Part shown: positions 40,745 to 51,478 of the stretch, piece by piece
How the letters are laid out: the number at the start of each line of letters is the position of its first letter
Position numbering within the stretch: the first letter of the stretch is position 1
Source: an uncultured Gammaproteobacteria bacterium
GTDB taxonomy: Bacteria > Pseudomonadota > Gammaproteobacteria > UBA9214
Length of the DNA: 64,000 nucleotides
Assembly (NCBI GenBank): GCA_963748215.1
Contig: CAVVHS010000007.1
Span: forward strand, 32,001-96,000
Direction: 5' to 3'
The notes under the pieces: model-generated
Seen by the model: only the letters and a program-made list of their open reading frames with translations
The model's database searches: none
What the model was told of the DNA's origin: nothing
Made by a program: the position numbers and the translations under genes

Positions 40745-41386
40745 ATGAGCGTACAGGCATTCACATTACGGTTTTTCCTGTTGGCAGCACTCTGGCTCTG
40801 TACAGGGGTGGGGGCCATTGCCGCAGCCGACTGCCAGCCGTGGCGCCAGATTCGGGATACGGCCGAGGGGATGGTTTACCACCGCTGCCGGCCGGGCTCG
40901 CCCGTGGACGAGGTCATGATAGAGACGCACTTCAGTGCCACGCCGGAACGCCTGTATGCCCTGGTGAATAACTACGCGGCATTCGCAGGCTTCATACCGG
41001 GTGTGGCCGAGAGCCGGGTGCTGGAGGTTGCCGGCGCGGTCCAGTGGGTCTTTCACCGCCTGCATTTCCCCGGGCCGGTGGCCGATCGCGTCTATGTGAT
41101 GCAAAGCCGGGGCGATATATCGGGGACGCCGCCCGCTGCCTGGCGGGTCGAATGGGCGCTGACGGAGCGTGATTTTCCACAGGTTGATCTCTCTGCGGGC
41201 ATCCGGCCGGACAGCCTGTCCGGATTCTGGGAGATCGAGTCTGTTGATGACGCAGGTATGACCAAAGCGCGGTATGCTGTACACACTGACCCGGGCGGGC
41301 AGCTGCCGGCCTGGCTGGTGATGCGCATGACGGACCGCTACGTGCAGCGGGTGGTTGCCGCCATTCGCGGCCGACTGGAGAACTAG
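40745..41386 (+). CDS. START/SRPBCC lipid-binding domain protein
   Basis: Signal peptide, FPGPVADR, HTDPGGQLPAWLV. Confidence 0.75.
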   Translation: MSVQAFTLRFFLLAALWLCTGVGAIAAADCQPWRQIRDTAEGMVYHRCRPGSPVDEVMIETHFSATPERLYALVNNYAAFAGFIPGVAESRVLEVAGAVQWVFHRLHFPGPVADRVYVMQSRGDISGTPPAAWRVEWALTERDFPQVDLSAGIRPDSLSGFWEIESVDDAGMTKARYAVHTDPGGQLPAWLVMRMTDRYVQRVVAAIRGRLEN

Positions 41387-41387
41387 C

Positions 41388-41984
41388 GTGGCAGTGTGTT
41401 TACGACACTACAGTCTGTTGCTGGCCGGGCTGCTGCTTGCAGCGGCCGCCGCTGCCGATGTGCGCCACACGGTCAACGAAGACAACGGGCTGCGCGGCTG
41501 GGATTTTACCGCGGGTGATATCCAGATCGAGCTGATCCAGCGCCTGCCGGACCAGACCCGCGCGCTGTTCATGAACCACGAGTTCTCGCGCGAGGTCATC
41601 GAGCAGCTGGCCTTGAGCTGTATGTTCCAGACTATCATCCGCAACACCGGAAGCTCGGGCAGCGGCAAGCCGGTAGCCATCGATCTCACCCGCTGGCGCA
41701 TGCACCATGCGGGGAATACGGCCGGTATCCTGCTCAAGGAACCGCTGCTGGCGTCATGGAGCGATGCGGACGCCAGTGCGGCCGCGAAGCTGGTCGTACG
41801 CTGGGGCATGTTTCCGACACAGCAGGAATACTTGCCGAGTGACTACAACTGGGGGCTGATGGCGTTCGGGATACCGCCGGGTTCAAGATTCGATCTCGAT
41901 GTGACCTGGAACGAAGGCGGCGTGCCGCATGCCGCGACCATCGAGGGCATCGAGTGCGCGCCCGATGTCGACAAGCTGAAATGA
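41388..41984 (+). CDS. Conserved-looking exported hypothetical protein
   Basis: GTG start just after the upstream stop, signal peptide, IQRLPDQTRA, two Cys. Confidence 0.7.
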   Translation: MAVCLRHYSLLLAGLLLAAAAAADVRHTVNEDNGLRGWDFTAGDIQIELIQRLPDQTRALFMNHEFSREVIEQLALSCMFQTIIRNTGSSGSGKPVAIDLTRWRMHHAGNTAGILLKEPLLASWSDADASAAAKLVVRWGMFPTQQEYLPSDYNWGLMAFGIPPGSRFDLDVTWNEGGVPHAATIEGIECAPDVDKLK

Positions 41985-41989
41985 CAGCC

Positions 41990-42493
41990 ATGTCCTGTTT
42001 GCGAACCGTGTTACTGCTGCTGTCCCTGCTGGCGCTCCCCGCGCAGGCCGGCCAGCTGCTGACGCCCGTGCCCGGCAAGGTGCCGGCGCCCGATTTTACG
42101 CTCCAGGATACCGAGGGCCGGTCGCATCGCCTGTCGGATTATCGCGGCAAGACGGTGATCATCAATTTCTGGACGACCTGGTGCCCGCCCTGTCGAGAGG
42201 AAATCCCTTCAATGAACCGCGCCTGGCAATCCCTGAAGGACGATGGCGTAGTGATGCTGGCCATCAACATGGGCGAGGACGAGGACACGATCTTCGTGTT
42301 TACCGCGGACTACCCGGCGGATTTCCCCCTGTTGCTGGACCGCGGCGGCGAGGTGATCGCGCAGTGGCCCGTCAAGGGTCTGCCGACCACCTATGTCATT
42401 GCACCGGACGGCACCATCGCCTTTCGGGCCATTGGCGGGCGCGAGTGGGACGAGGCCGGTTTCATGGAACAGATCAGGAGCCTGGGGAAGTGA
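41990..42493 (+). CDS. TlpA/ResA-family thioredoxin
   Basis: APDFTL, INFWTTWCPPCREEIP, GLPTTYVI. Confidence 0.9.
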   Translation: MSCLRTVLLLLSLLALPAQAGQLLTPVPGKVPAPDFTLQDTEGRSHRLSDYRGKTVIINFWTTWCPPCREEIPSMNRAWQSLKDDGVVMLAINMGEDEDTIFVFTADYPADFPLLLDRGGEVIAQWPVKGLPTTYVIAPDGTIAFRAIGGREWDEAGFMEQIRSLGK

Positions 42494-42597
42494 GCAGCTG
42501 GGGCGGTTCGTTTCACTCACCGCATCGACTCGGAACCGCCGACCATCTGCGGGATCGCGCACATGGCAGTATTGCTTCCGGGTCAACGGCAGGCAAT

Positions 42598-43203
42598 TCA
42601 GCACCTGCCCGGTTGCCGCCAGCGGCGCGCAATCCAGTAATCGAGGCTGAACCAGCGGCCGGCGCCGGTGAAAAACAGGGCCAGCAGCATGATGAAATAG
42701 GTTGCGGCGAATTCGATGCCGTTTTTCAGAATGGTGATACTGCCTGCCGAGGTCAGCCACTCGTAGTTGCCGTGTTCGCGCAGGATTTCGCGGGCCCGTT
42801 CCTTGCGGATGGTCCCTTCATCGATCAGGTCGCTGCGCCATTCCCAGGGGACCTGCAGCTCGGTTTCCGGCAGTGCATGCCAGCCGTTGTCCCAGTGCGC
42901 GGTGGTGGCGGCGACGACCATGGTGAACATCATGGGCAGGGCGAACCAGCGCACGGCCAGCCCGGCGAGCAGGGCGATGCCGCCCAGTAACTCGGTCAGT
43001 GCGGCGACGTAGACCATGATCTCCGGGGCCGGTATGCCCAGCGAGGCGAAGTAAGGACCGAGGTGCTCGGCGTGCGCCAGCTTGTTGGATCCGGCCAGGA
43101 TGAAGATCGGCGCGAGGTAGATACGCAGCGCCACCGGGGCGAGAAAGTCGAGTCCGCGCGTGCGATCCAGCAGGTCCTGCAGGCAGTTCAGAATTCCGGT
43201 CAT
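42598..43203 (-). CDS. DoxX-family membrane protein (HvfX-like)
   Basis: LRIYLAPIF, HWDNGW, ILKNGIEFAATY, GAGRWFSLD. Confidence 0.85.
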   Translation of the reverse strand: MTGILNCLQDLLDRTRGLDFLAPVALRIYLAPIFILAGSNKLAHAEHLGPYFASLGIPAPEIMVYVAALTELLGGIALLAGLAVRWFALPMMFTMVVAATTAHWDNGWHALPETELQVPWEWRSDLIDEGTIRKERAREILREHGNYEWLTSAGSITILKNGIEFAATYFIMLLALFFTGAGRWFSLDYWIARRWRQPGRC

Positions 43204-43244
43204 GGCTCACTCTCTTGTGTGCTGCTGCTGCCGGGATCTGGCGT

Positions 43245-44018
43245 TCAGCGGTCGACTGTTCTGGTGCCGGGAACGATGTCCTTGTTGCGCAGATTTTCGA
43301 GGATGTCGAGGCCGCCGTTGATCACGACCTCCGGCTGCGGGTGTGACATTTCGGCGGCAATCGCGGTCAGCAGCTCCCGGCCGGTTGCGCCGCTGTTTGC
43401 CTCGAGCCCTTCCAGCAGACGCTTGGTGACCGGGTTGATTTCCATGAAGCCCACCTCGTCGTCCCGGTCGCGGTAGACCACCAGCCAGGTCGGCTGCCTG
43501 CCGAAGGCATCGGGCAGGAATTCCGGGCCGATCTTGTGTACCGGGTATTCGTAGGCCAGGTGCCATACCAGCGGGGAGAGCACCGGTATCGCGTCGAGCA
43601 GGTCGCCCGCGGGATCGATGGCATCCGGGTCCATGCTGTCCTCGGCCACGGATACCGCCAGCTCGACCCATTCATAGTGGGCGAGTTCGTACAGGAAGGG
43701 ATAGTCATCTCCGCGCGGTTCGCGTTCCTCGCGCAGCCAGTTCAGGAATTCGCGCGGGATTTCCAGGAACAGCGGGCTGTGCGAACGATGGCTGGAAAAG
43801 AAGGCGCGCGCCATGGCGTGCCAGGCCGTGTCATCGTGAATCCTGCGCAGTACCGGGAAGGTGCCGCTCAGGAAACTTTCCACGTTGTTGTAGAACAGCT
43901 CGCGGTAGATCGCCATGCGCCGGTCCTCGACATCGGCCGGAGCCGGGCGGTGATCCGGGTCGCGGATATGCGCGGCGAATTCGTATTGCCGGCGGACGAA
44001 CTCAGGCTGGCCGGCCAT
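43245..44018 (-). CDS. DUF2063-family partner protein (HvfC/BufC-like)
   Basis: [40 protein letters not shown]. Confidence 0.87.
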   Translation of the reverse strand: MAGQPEFVRRQYEFAAHIRDPDHRPAPADVEDRRMAIYRELFYNNVESFLSGTFPVLRRIHDDTAWHAMARAFFSSHRSHSPLFLEIPREFLNWLREEREPRGDDYPFLYELAHYEWVELAVSVAEDSMDPDAIDPAGDLLDAIPVLSPLVWHLAYEYPVHKIGPEFLPDAFGRQPTWLVVYRDRDDEVGFMEINPVTKRLLEGLEANSGATGRELLTAIAAEMSHPQPEVVINGGLDILENLRNKDIVPGTRTVDR

Positions 44019-44869
44019 GCGCTGTCTCCCGTGCGGCACGGCCCATCCATTTTGCCTGCAGCTCGGCGATCTGGCCGACTTCGCCGAGCAGTTCCGGCAG
44101 GGGTGGAATGTTGAAATCGCGTTCCAGCAGGGTCGGCACCACGCCGAAGTGCGCGTAGGCCTTTTCCAGCAGCTCCCAGACCGGGTCGATGACCGGTGCG
44201 CCGTGGCTGTCCACTTTCAGGTCGTCGGCCTCGTCGAAGTGGCCGGCCACGTGAAAGTACACCACCCGTTCTGCAGGCAATGCCGTCAGGAACTGTTGCG
44301 CATCATAGCGGTGGTTGATGCTGTTGACGTAGATGTTGTTGACGTCCAGCAGCAGGTCGCAGTCGGCCTCGGCCAGTACCGCGTTGACGAAATCGATTTC
44401 CTCCATTTCCTTGCCGGGAGCCGCGTAGTAGGAGATGTTCTCCATGGCGATGCGCCGTTCCAGAATGTCCTGGACCCGGCGGATGCGGCCGGCAACATAG
44501 TGCACGGCTTCCTCCGTGAAAGGGATCGGCATCAGGTCATAGAGATGGCCGTCGTCGCTGCAATAGCTCAGGTGTTCCGTGTAAGCGCGGATGTCATGCT
44601 CATCAAGCAGGCGCTTGACGCGTTGCAGGAAGGTTTCGTCCAGCGGGGCAGGGCTGCCGATCGAGAGCGACAGGCCGTGTGCGACAAACGGGTAGCGTTC
44701 GGTGAAGTGACGGAACTGCCGCCCGAACTTGCCGCCGACGCCGATCCAGTTCTCCGGGGCGACCTCGAGGAAGTCGACATTGTCCGGCGGATTGTGCCTG
44801 CAGCGGACCCATCAGGGTCCGCCGCAGGCCAAGTCCGGAACCGCTGACAGGATAGCGTGAGTTATTCAC
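44002..44869 (-). CDS. DUF692 multinuclear non-heme iron oxidative enzyme (MNIO), one frameshift near 44793
   Basis: GLGLRR, then after the shift [55 protein letters not shown]. Confidence 0.9.
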
Positions 44870-44899
44870 GTTTTGTCTGCCTGGGTTGCGGATTAAGCC

Positions 44900-45300
44900 T
44901 TACTCGGCCCCCTCGCCCTCATCGCCGCCGCCTTCAGCAGGCGTCATCATCTTCTCGCCGCCGCCTTCAGCAGGCGTCATCATCTTCTCGCCGCACTTGC
45001 CTTCGCCGCACTTGCCTTCACCGCACTTGCCTTCACTGGACTTCATCTTCTCGCCGCACTTGCCTTCACTGGCATGGACTTCATCTTCTCGCCACACTTG
45101 CCTTCACTGGACTTCATCTTCTCACCGCACTTGCCTTCCATGTCCTTGGTATGGCTTTCAGCGACCATGTAGCCACTGGAGAGGTCGGACATGGCAAACG
45201 GGTTGTCCGCGGCATTGGCAATGCCGGCACCTGCCAGGGATGTCACGAAGGCTGCACCCATGGCGACGGCCAGCGGTTTCAGAGTTGTTTTCTTGGACAT
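44900..45300 (-). CDS. EGKCG-repeat RiPP precursor (oxazolin/bufferin type), frameshifted near 45075
   Basis: Signal peptide, NPFAMSDLSSGYMVA, six EGKCG motifs once a 5-nt insertion is removed. Confidence 0.88.
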
Positions 45301-45532
45301 TGTATCTTTCTCCACAATTGATTAGACGGGTGGAACGGCTGTTCCGGTTGATTGCGGTCGTTTGCCACGACCCGGGTGTTGTCAAGGGCTGTGACCTTAC
45401 ACGATACGAAAAGTTTCTGATAATCGTTAGCACTACGGCAACTGCTGCTGCCGGGATGTATTAGTCACAGCTAAAGTATATGTCTGAATTATCACAAAAG
45501 TATCCATTCCAGGCACTTACCATGACCGGCTG

Positions 45533-46171
45533 TCATTTATCCGGCTCCTTTGCCTTGTATTCGCACAGGTCGAAGAGGGTGCAGGACTGGCAGCGCGGCT
45601 TGCGGGCGATGCAGGTGTAGCGGCCGAGCAGGATCAGCCAGTGGTGTGCGTCGTGCATGAATTCATCGGGTACCACCCGCAGCAGCCGCTCCTCGACCTC
45701 CCTGACGTTTTTGCCCGGTGCGATCCCGGTGCGGTTGGCGACACGGAAAATATGCGTGTCGACGGCGATGGTGGGATGTCCGAAGGCGACATTCAGCACC
45801 ACGTTGGCGGTCTTGCGGCCCACACCCGGCAATGCCTCCAGCGCGTCCCGGTCATCGGGCACCTTGCCGCCATGCTGATCCACCAGTATGGCGCAGGTCT
45901 TGATGATGTTGCCGGCCTTGGTATTGAACAGGCCGATGGTCTTGATGTAATCGCGCAGTCCCGCTTCGCCGAGCTTCAGCATGGCGGCCGGCGTTTTCAC
46001 CTTTTTGAACAGCGGGACGGTGGCCTTGTTGACACCGGTGTCGGTGGCCTGCGCCGACAGGATGACGGCGACCAGCAGCTGGAACGGGTTGCCGTACTTC
46101 AGCTCGGTGGCCGGATGGGGATTGGCGGCGCGCAGCCGCTCGAAGATGGTGCGACGTTTCTGCGCGTTCAA
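45533..46171 (-). CDS. nth: Endonuclease III
   Basis: LSAQATD, LPGVGRKTANV, VDTH, C-x6-C-x2-C-x5-C cluster. Confidence 0.96.
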   Translation of the reverse strand: MNAQKRRTIFERLRAANPHPATELKYGNPFQLLVAVILSAQATDTGVNKATVPLFKKVKTPAAMLKLGEAGLRDYIKTIGLFNTKAGNIIKTCAILVDQHGGKVPDDRDALEALPGVGRKTANVVLNVAFGHPTIAVDTHIFRVANRTGIAPGKNVREVEERLLRVVPDEFMHDAHHWLILLGRYTCIARKPRCQSCTLFDLCEYKAKEPDK

Positions 46172-46860
46172 ACGGAGCCGGCCGCCTGCGGGGCCGGCAC
46201 GGCGACGCTGACGGCCTTGCGCGCACGCCGGGCATTGATGATGTTCATGCCGGCGATCAGCAGGCCGAGGCCCATGAACGCGCCGGGCGGCAGGATCGCC
46301 AGCAGGAAGCCGCGGTAGTCATCGATCACGGTGATGGTCCAGTCGCGCGCGACCTCGCCGAACATCAGGTGCGCCTGCGCCAGCAGCGTGCCCTGGCCGA
46401 ACAACTCGCGCATGCCGCCGAGTGCGACCAGCACCAGCGTGAAACCGATACCCATGGCCAGTCCGTCGAGCAGTGCGCGGTCGGCAGTGTTGCGCGAGGC
46501 GAACGACTCGGCGCGGCCGATGATGGAACAGTTGGTGACGATCAGCGGAATGAAGATACCGAGAATCTTGTACAGATCGTGCAGCCAGGCGTTCATGGCC
46601 AGTTCGATGACCGTCACAATGGAGGCGATCACCAGCACGAACACCGGGATGCGCACTTCCGGGCGCACCAGCTTGCGGATCAGCGACACGGTAAGATTCG
46701 AGCTCGCCAGGGTCAGGGTGGTGGCCAGGCCCAGGCCCAGGCCGTTGACCGCGCTGGTCGTGACCGCCAGCAGCGGGCACAGGCCGAGCAGCTGCACCAG
46801 CCCAGGGTTGTTCTGCCACAGTCCGTCCTGGATGATTTTTGCATAGCTCGGTTCGTTCAT
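46168..46860 (-). CDS. rnfE: Rnf complex subunit E
   Basis: LGLCPLLAVT, IPLIVTNC, ILPPGAF. Confidence 0.95.
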   Translation of the reverse strand: MNEPSYAKIIQDGLWQNNPGLVQLLGLCPLLAVTTSAVNGLGLGLATTLTLASSNLTVSLIRKLVRPEVRIPVFVLVIASIVTVIELAMNAWLHDLYKILGIFIPLIVTNCSIIGRAESFASRNTADRALLDGLAMGIGFTLVLVALGGMRELFGQGTLLAQAHLMFGEVARDWTITVIDDYRGFLLAILPPGAFMGLGLLIAGMNIINARRARKAVSVAVPAPQAAGSV

Positions 46861-47486
46861 GGCTGCTCCGGTGCTGCAGGTGTCGCAAACAGGGCATCGC
46901 GGTGTGCGCGATAGTATAGCAGGGCCGCATGCACCGCCTTGACCACGGCACGCGGCGAGATGGTGGCGCCGGTGAACTGGTCGAATACGCCACCGTCCTT
47001 CCTGACGGCCCATTGGCCGGGCGGCGGATCGTCCAGCGAGCGGCCGTCGAAGCCATGGATCCAGTCCGAGCGTTCCTCGTCGATGCCGTCACCCAGTCCG
47101 GGTGTTTCACGGTGTGTCACGACGCGCACGCCGGCCACGCTGCCGTCATGCCGGATACCCACCAGCAGGTAGATGGAGCCGCTGTAACCATCCGGCGCAA
47201 TGGCGTTCATCACCACGGCAACCGGCTGCCCCAGCCGGCGCGCGCGGTACACACGCAGTGGCCGGTCGGCAAGTTCCCCGGCGGGCAGCTCGATGCTGTC
47301 ATCCAGCAGGCTGTTGTCGTAGGCGTCCGGCGGAATCAGCTGGCTCAGCTTGCGCAGCAGCGTCTCGCGCTCGTTGGCGGCGATCCGTTCGCGGGTGCCT
47401 TCATAGGTTGCCGCCACCATGGCGGTGCCGATGACGGCGAACAGCAGCAGGATCGCGGCGGTGATGCCGATCTGGCGGACATTCAT
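46857..47486 (-). CDS. rnfG: Rnf complex subunit G
   Basis: APDGYSG, HRETPGLGD, FDQFTGATISPRAV FMN site. Confidence 0.95.
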   Translation of the reverse strand: MNVRQIGITAAILLLFAVIGTAMVAATYEGTRERIAANERETLLRKLSQLIPPDAYDNSLLDDSIELPAGELADRPLRVYRARRLGQPVAVVMNAIAPDGYSGSIYLLVGIRHDGSVAGVRVVTHRETPGLGDGIDEERSDWIHGFDGRSLDDPPPGQWAVRKDGGVFDQFTGATISPRAVVKAVHAALLYYRAHRDALFATPAAPEQP

Positions 47487-48514
47487 CGCGGCGTCCCGTC
47501 CTGGTGGCCGAACACGCGCGGCCGCGTGTAGTGGTCGATGGTCGGTGCCGCCAGGTTCATCAGCAGCACGGCAAAGGCAATACCTTCCGGGTAGCCGCCC
47601 CAGGTGCGGATGATCCAGGTGATGACGCCGACGCCGAGCCCGAACCAGATGCGCCCCAGCGGCGTGGTGCAGGCCGATACCGGGTCGGTTGCGATGAAGA
47701 AGGCACCGAGCATGGCCGCGCCGCTGAACAGGTGAAACAGCGGGGTGGCATAGAGTTCCGGGTTGACGAGGTGGAAGATGCCCGCCATGCCCGCCAGCCC
47801 GGCCAGCATGGCCGCGGGGATCTGCCACTGGATGACTTTCGTCTGCAGCAGCCAGAGACCCCCGGCGAGATAGGCGAGATTGACCCACTCCCAGCCGAAG
47901 CCGGCGATGATGCCGAACAGCGGTTCCTTGCCCAGGTCGGTCAGCGTGGCGCCCAGGCCGAGCTGCATGCGCACGGTGTCCATGGGTGTCGCCATGGTGA
48001 TGGCGTCGATGGCGACACCGGCCGGTGGCGCGCCGGTGAAGATCATCGCCAGGGTCGTGGCCAGGTCCGGCGCATTGCCGGGCGCCGGCCACAGGGTCAG
48101 TTCCAGCGGGAACGACACCAGCAGCACGACGTAGCCGGCCATGGCCGGGTTGAACGGGTTGTAGCCCAGGCCGCCATAGAGCTGCTTGGCGACCACGATG
48201 GCAAACACGGTGCCGACCACCGCGATCCACCACGGCGCCAGCGGCGCCAGCGCCAGTGCCAGCAAGGCCCCGGTCAGCAGGGCGCTGCCATCCTGCAGCG
48301 TGGCGGTGACCGGCCGGCCGCGCAATATGAGCATGAAGGCTTCGGCGGCGAGTGCCGTGGCGCCGGCGATGAGCAGGTTGATCACCACGCCCCAGCCAAA
48401 CAGCCAGGTCATGCAGGCGGCGCCCGGCAGCAGCGCCAGCAGCACGCGCCGCATGACGACGTTGACGCTGCTTTCCACCGGCAGGTGCGGCGAGCTCCAG
48501 GTCTTGAATTCCAT
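47483..48514 (-). CDS. rnfD: Rnf complex subunit D
   Basis: SSPH, KQLYGGLGYNPFNPAM, ITMATP, FFIATDPVS. Confidence 0.95.
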   Translation of the reverse strand: MEFKTWSSPHLPVESSVNVVMRRVLLALLPGAACMTWLFGWGVVINLLIAGATALAAEAFMLILRGRPVTATLQDGSALLTGALLALALAPLAPWWIAVVGTVFAIVVAKQLYGGLGYNPFNPAMAGYVVLLVSFPLELTLWPAPGNAPDLATTLAMIFTGAPPAGVAIDAITMATPMDTVRMQLGLGATLTDLGKEPLFGIIAGFGWEWVNLAYLAGGLWLLQTKVIQWQIPAAMLAGLAGMAGIFHLVNPELYATPLFHLFSGAAMLGAFFIATDPVSACTTPLGRIWFGLGVGVITWIIRTWGGYPEGIAFAVLLMNLAAPTIDHYTRPRVFGHQDGTPR

Positions 48515-50193
48515 CAGTCCGTATCCTGTGACTTTGCGGCCCGCTCGCGGCGCCGTTGTTCGACGGCCTCGATCTGGCGCTGCTGTTCGGGGGTCAGGTT
48601 GTCGGTATTGCGCGGCGCGGCGGCAGCCTCTTCCTTTTTCTGCCTGACGCGCTCCAGCGCGGCCTGGATCGCCGCCTGGCGCGCCGCGTCGCCGGCGCTC
48701 TTGCCGGTCACTGCCTGCTTCCTGCGCGCGAGCCGTTCCTCGCGCTCGTGCCTGATGCGTTCCAGCCGCTCCAGACGCGCCTCGTGACGCAGGCGCGCGA
48801 TGTCTGCCTTCTGCTTCTGCTTTTCCTGTTCCCAGATCGCGGTCTTGGCGTGGCGATAGTACTGCACCAGCGGGATATGGCTGGGGCAGACATGCGCGCA
48901 GCAGCCGCACTCGATGCAGTCGAACAGGCCATAGTCCTGCGCCGCATCGTGATTGCCGCTGCGTGCGAACCAGTACAGCTCCTGCGGCAGCAGGTTGGCC
49001 GGGCAGACCTCGGTGCACCGGCCGCAGCGGATGCAGGGCACTGCCGGCGGTGGTGCCGGCATGCTGCGCGCGGTGACTGCGAGAATGCAGTTGGTGGTCT
49101 TGATGACCGGCACGGCGTCGGTGCTGACGGCATAGCCCATCATCGGTCCGCCGATCAGCAGGCGCTCGATATGATCGGTATAGCCGCCGGCGGCCGCGAT
49201 GAGATGGCTGACCGGCGTGCCGATCAGCGCCTCCATGTTGCAGGCCTGTTGCACGCCGTCGCCGGTGACGGTGACGATGCGCGACAGCAGCGGCTGTGCC
49301 TTTATCACGGCGTCGTGCACGGCCGCGGCGGTGCCGACGTTCTGCACGATGATGCCGATGTCCGCCGGGAAACCCTGGCTGGGCACCTCGCGGCCGGTCA
49401 GCACCTTGATGAGCTGGCGCTCGCCGCCGGTCGGGTAGATGGTCGGCACGTTGACCACGCGGATGCCGGTTCCGTTACGCCCGTCCAGCGCGGCGCGCAG
49501 CGCCTGTTCCGCCTCCGGCATATTGTCTTCCACGGCGATCACGCAGGCGGCCGGCTGCACGATGTGCTGCAGGATGCGCGCGCCCTCGATCACCTCGTGT
49601 GCGCGTTCGCGTTGCAGGCCGTCATCGCAGGCGATGCAGGGTTCGCACTCGACGCCGTTGATCACCAGCAGCTCGATGGCGTCACGCCGTGCCAGCTTGG
49701 CATCGGTCGGGAAACCCGCGCCGCCGAGGCCGACGATGCCGGCGGCACGGATGCGCTCCAGCAGGGTGTCGATCTCGGTGTGCAGATAATCCAGCGCGGG
49801 CGGCAGGTCGGGCGCGGGCGTGTCCCTGCCGTCGGTCGCGATGACGATGCAGGGCGCCGGCAGACCGGACGGGTGCGGCACCGGGCGCGGTTCGATGGCC
49901 AGCACAGTGCCGGAGGTGGAGGCGTGCACGGGGGCGCTGATGCTGCCGACGGCCCGGGCAATGAGCTGGCCCCTGTAGACGGTGTCGCCGGGGCTGACCA
50001 GGCACTCGGCCGGTTCGCCGATATGCTGCGCCAGCGGCAGGATCAGCTGGTCAGGTATGCCCGCCGGCTGGATCGGCCGGCTGGACGCGGTCTCGCGGCA
50101 GCCCGCCAGTTTCAGGCCGCCGTGAAAGCGGTAGCGCCGCGTGAAGTCCGGGTCGATCGCCGGCGGCAGCGGCTTGCGCGATGCTTCAGCCAT
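48514..50193 (-). CDS. rnfC: Rnf complex subunit C
   Basis: [49 protein letters not shown]. Confidence 0.95.
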   Translation of the reverse strand: MAEASRKPLPPAIDPDFTRRYRFHGGLKLAGCRETASSRPIQPAGIPDQLILPLAQHIGEPAECLVSPGDTVYRGQLIARAVGSISAPVHASTSGTVLAIEPRPVPHPSGLPAPCIVIATDGRDTPAPDLPPALDYLHTEIDTLLERIRAAGIVGLGGAGFPTDAKLARRDAIELLVINGVECEPCIACDDGLQRERAHEVIEGARILQHIVQPAACVIAVEDNMPEAEQALRAALDGRNGTGIRVVNVPTIYPTGGERQLIKVLTGREVPSQGFPADIGIIVQNVGTAAAVHDAVIKAQPLLSRIVTVTGDGVQQACNMEALIGTPVSHLIAAAGGYTDHIERLLIGGPMMGYAVSTDAVPVIKTTNCILAVTARSMPAPPPAVPCIRCGRCTEVCPANLLPQELYWFARSGNHDAAQDYGLFDCIECGCCAHVCPSHIPLVQYYRHAKTAIWEQEKQKQKADIARLRHEARLERLERIRHEREERLARRKQAVTGKSAGDAARQAAIQAALERVRQKKEEAAAAPRNTDNLTPEQQRQIEAVEQRRRERAAKSQDTD

Positions 50194-50746
50194 GCTCTGC
50201 GACCTCCGTGCCCGGTTCGACCGGCAGCGGCCAGGACCAGTTACGCAGGGTTTTCGCGACCGGCACGATGTGGATGCACTCGACCGGGCAGGGCGGGATG
50301 CACAGGTTGCAGCCGGTGCATTCGCTCTCGATGACGGTGTGCATCTGCTTCGGCGCACCGAGGATGGCGTCGACCGGGCAGGCCTGGATGCACAGCGTGC
50401 AGCCGATGCACACCTGCTCGTCGATCACGACGACGGTCTTGTCCTTGTGCTCGCCGTGTTCCGGGTTGAGCGGCTTGGGGTCCACGCCGAGCAGGTCGGC
50501 CAGCGCCTGGATGGTCACCTCGCCGCCGGGCGGGCACTGGTTGATGTCCGCCTCGCCGGCGGCGATGGCCTCGGCGTAGGGCCGGCAGCCGGCGTAGGTG
50601 CACTGGCCGCACTGCGTCTGCGGCAGCAGCGCGTCGATCTGGTCGACGATCGGATCGCTGTCGACGCGGAAGCGGATCGCCGAATAACCGAGCACCAGTC
50701 CGATCACGATGGCGAGTACGCCCAGTGCTATGAGTGCGCTCAGCAT
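50186..50746 (-). CDS. rnfB: Rnf complex subunit B
   Basis: [35 protein letters not shown]. Confidence 0.95.
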   Translation of the reverse strand: MLSALIALGVLAIVIGLVLGYSAIRFRVDSDPIVDQIDALLPQTQCGQCTYAGCRPYAEAIAAGEADINQCPPGGEVTIQALADLLGVDPKPLNPEHGEHKDKTVVVIDEQVCIGCTLCIQACPVDAILGAPKQMHTVIESECTGCNLCIPPCPVECIHIVPVAKTLRNWSWPLPVEPGTEVAEHG

Positions 50747-50767
50747 GTCGAGAGTGGGTTTACTTCC

Positions 50768-51349
50768 TCAACCCTTGATCAGTCCGGAAAAGCCCATGAA
50801 CGCCAGTGACATCAGGCCGGCCGTGACCAGGGCGATGGCCGAGCCGCGGAACGGCACCGGCACGTCGGCGGCCGCGACGCGTTCGCGGATGGCCGAAAAC
50901 AGGATCAGCACCAGCGAAAAGCCGACCGCTGCACCGAAGCCGTACACGGCGGACTCGATGAAGTTGAACTGCTGCTGCACATTCAGCAGCGCCACGCCCA
51001 GCACCGCGCAGTTGGTGGTGATCAGCGGCAGGAAGATGCCCAGCACCTTGTAGAGCAGCGGGCTGGTCTTGTGCACCACCATCTCGGTGAACTGCACCAC
51101 GGCGGCGATCACCAGGATGAAGGTGATGGTGCGCAGGTATTCCAGGCCCAGCGGCGCGAGCAGGTATTCGTTGGCGAGGTAGCTGCAGATCGAGGACAGC
51201 GTCAGCACGAAGGTGGTGGCCAGCGCCATGCCGGTCGCGGTGTCGACGTTGCGCGACACGCCCATGAACGGGCACAGGCCGAGGAACTTCACCAGCACGA
51301 AGTTGTTGACCAGCACCGTGCTGACAAGGATGAGGGCGAGTTCGGTCAT
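50768..51349 (-). CDS. rnfA: Rnf complex subunit A
   Basis: [28 protein letters not shown]. Confidence 0.96.
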   Translation of the reverse strand: MTELALILVSTVLVNNFVLVKFLGLCPFMGVSRNVDTATGMALATTFVLTLSSICSYLANEYLLAPLGLEYLRTITFILVIAAVVQFTEMVVHKTSPLLYKVLGIFLPLITTNCAVLGVALLNVQQQFNFIESAVYGFGAAVGFSLVLILFSAIRERVAAADVPVPFRGSAIALVTAGLMSLAFMGFSGLIKG

Positions 51350-51374
51350 ATATTTCAGTTCATGGCAAACCTGT

Positions 51375-51440
51375 TAGGAGCGGACCTCGTCCGCGATCAT
51401 TTCAAACCCGGCGCAATTCGCGCTTGAGAAGCGCTCCTAC
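51375..51440. repeat. AGGAGCG-type REP pair
   Basis: TAGGAGCGGACCTCGTCCGCGA ... TCGCGCTTGAGAAGCGCTCCTAC. Confidence 0.7.
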
Positions 51441-51478
51441 ACCGATTTTATAGACCCTTTAAAAATGGCTTACGATAC

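Noticed and set aside
45301-45530. ECF-sigma promoter for the RiPP operon
   Set aside because: GGAAC and GTCTAA elements are present but only 13 nt apart, too close for a canonical promoter.
48556-50334. Long antisense ORFs (also 21871-23676, 5543-6937, 57451-59067)
   Set aside because: Shadow frames of GC-rich genes with recognised products on the opposite strand.
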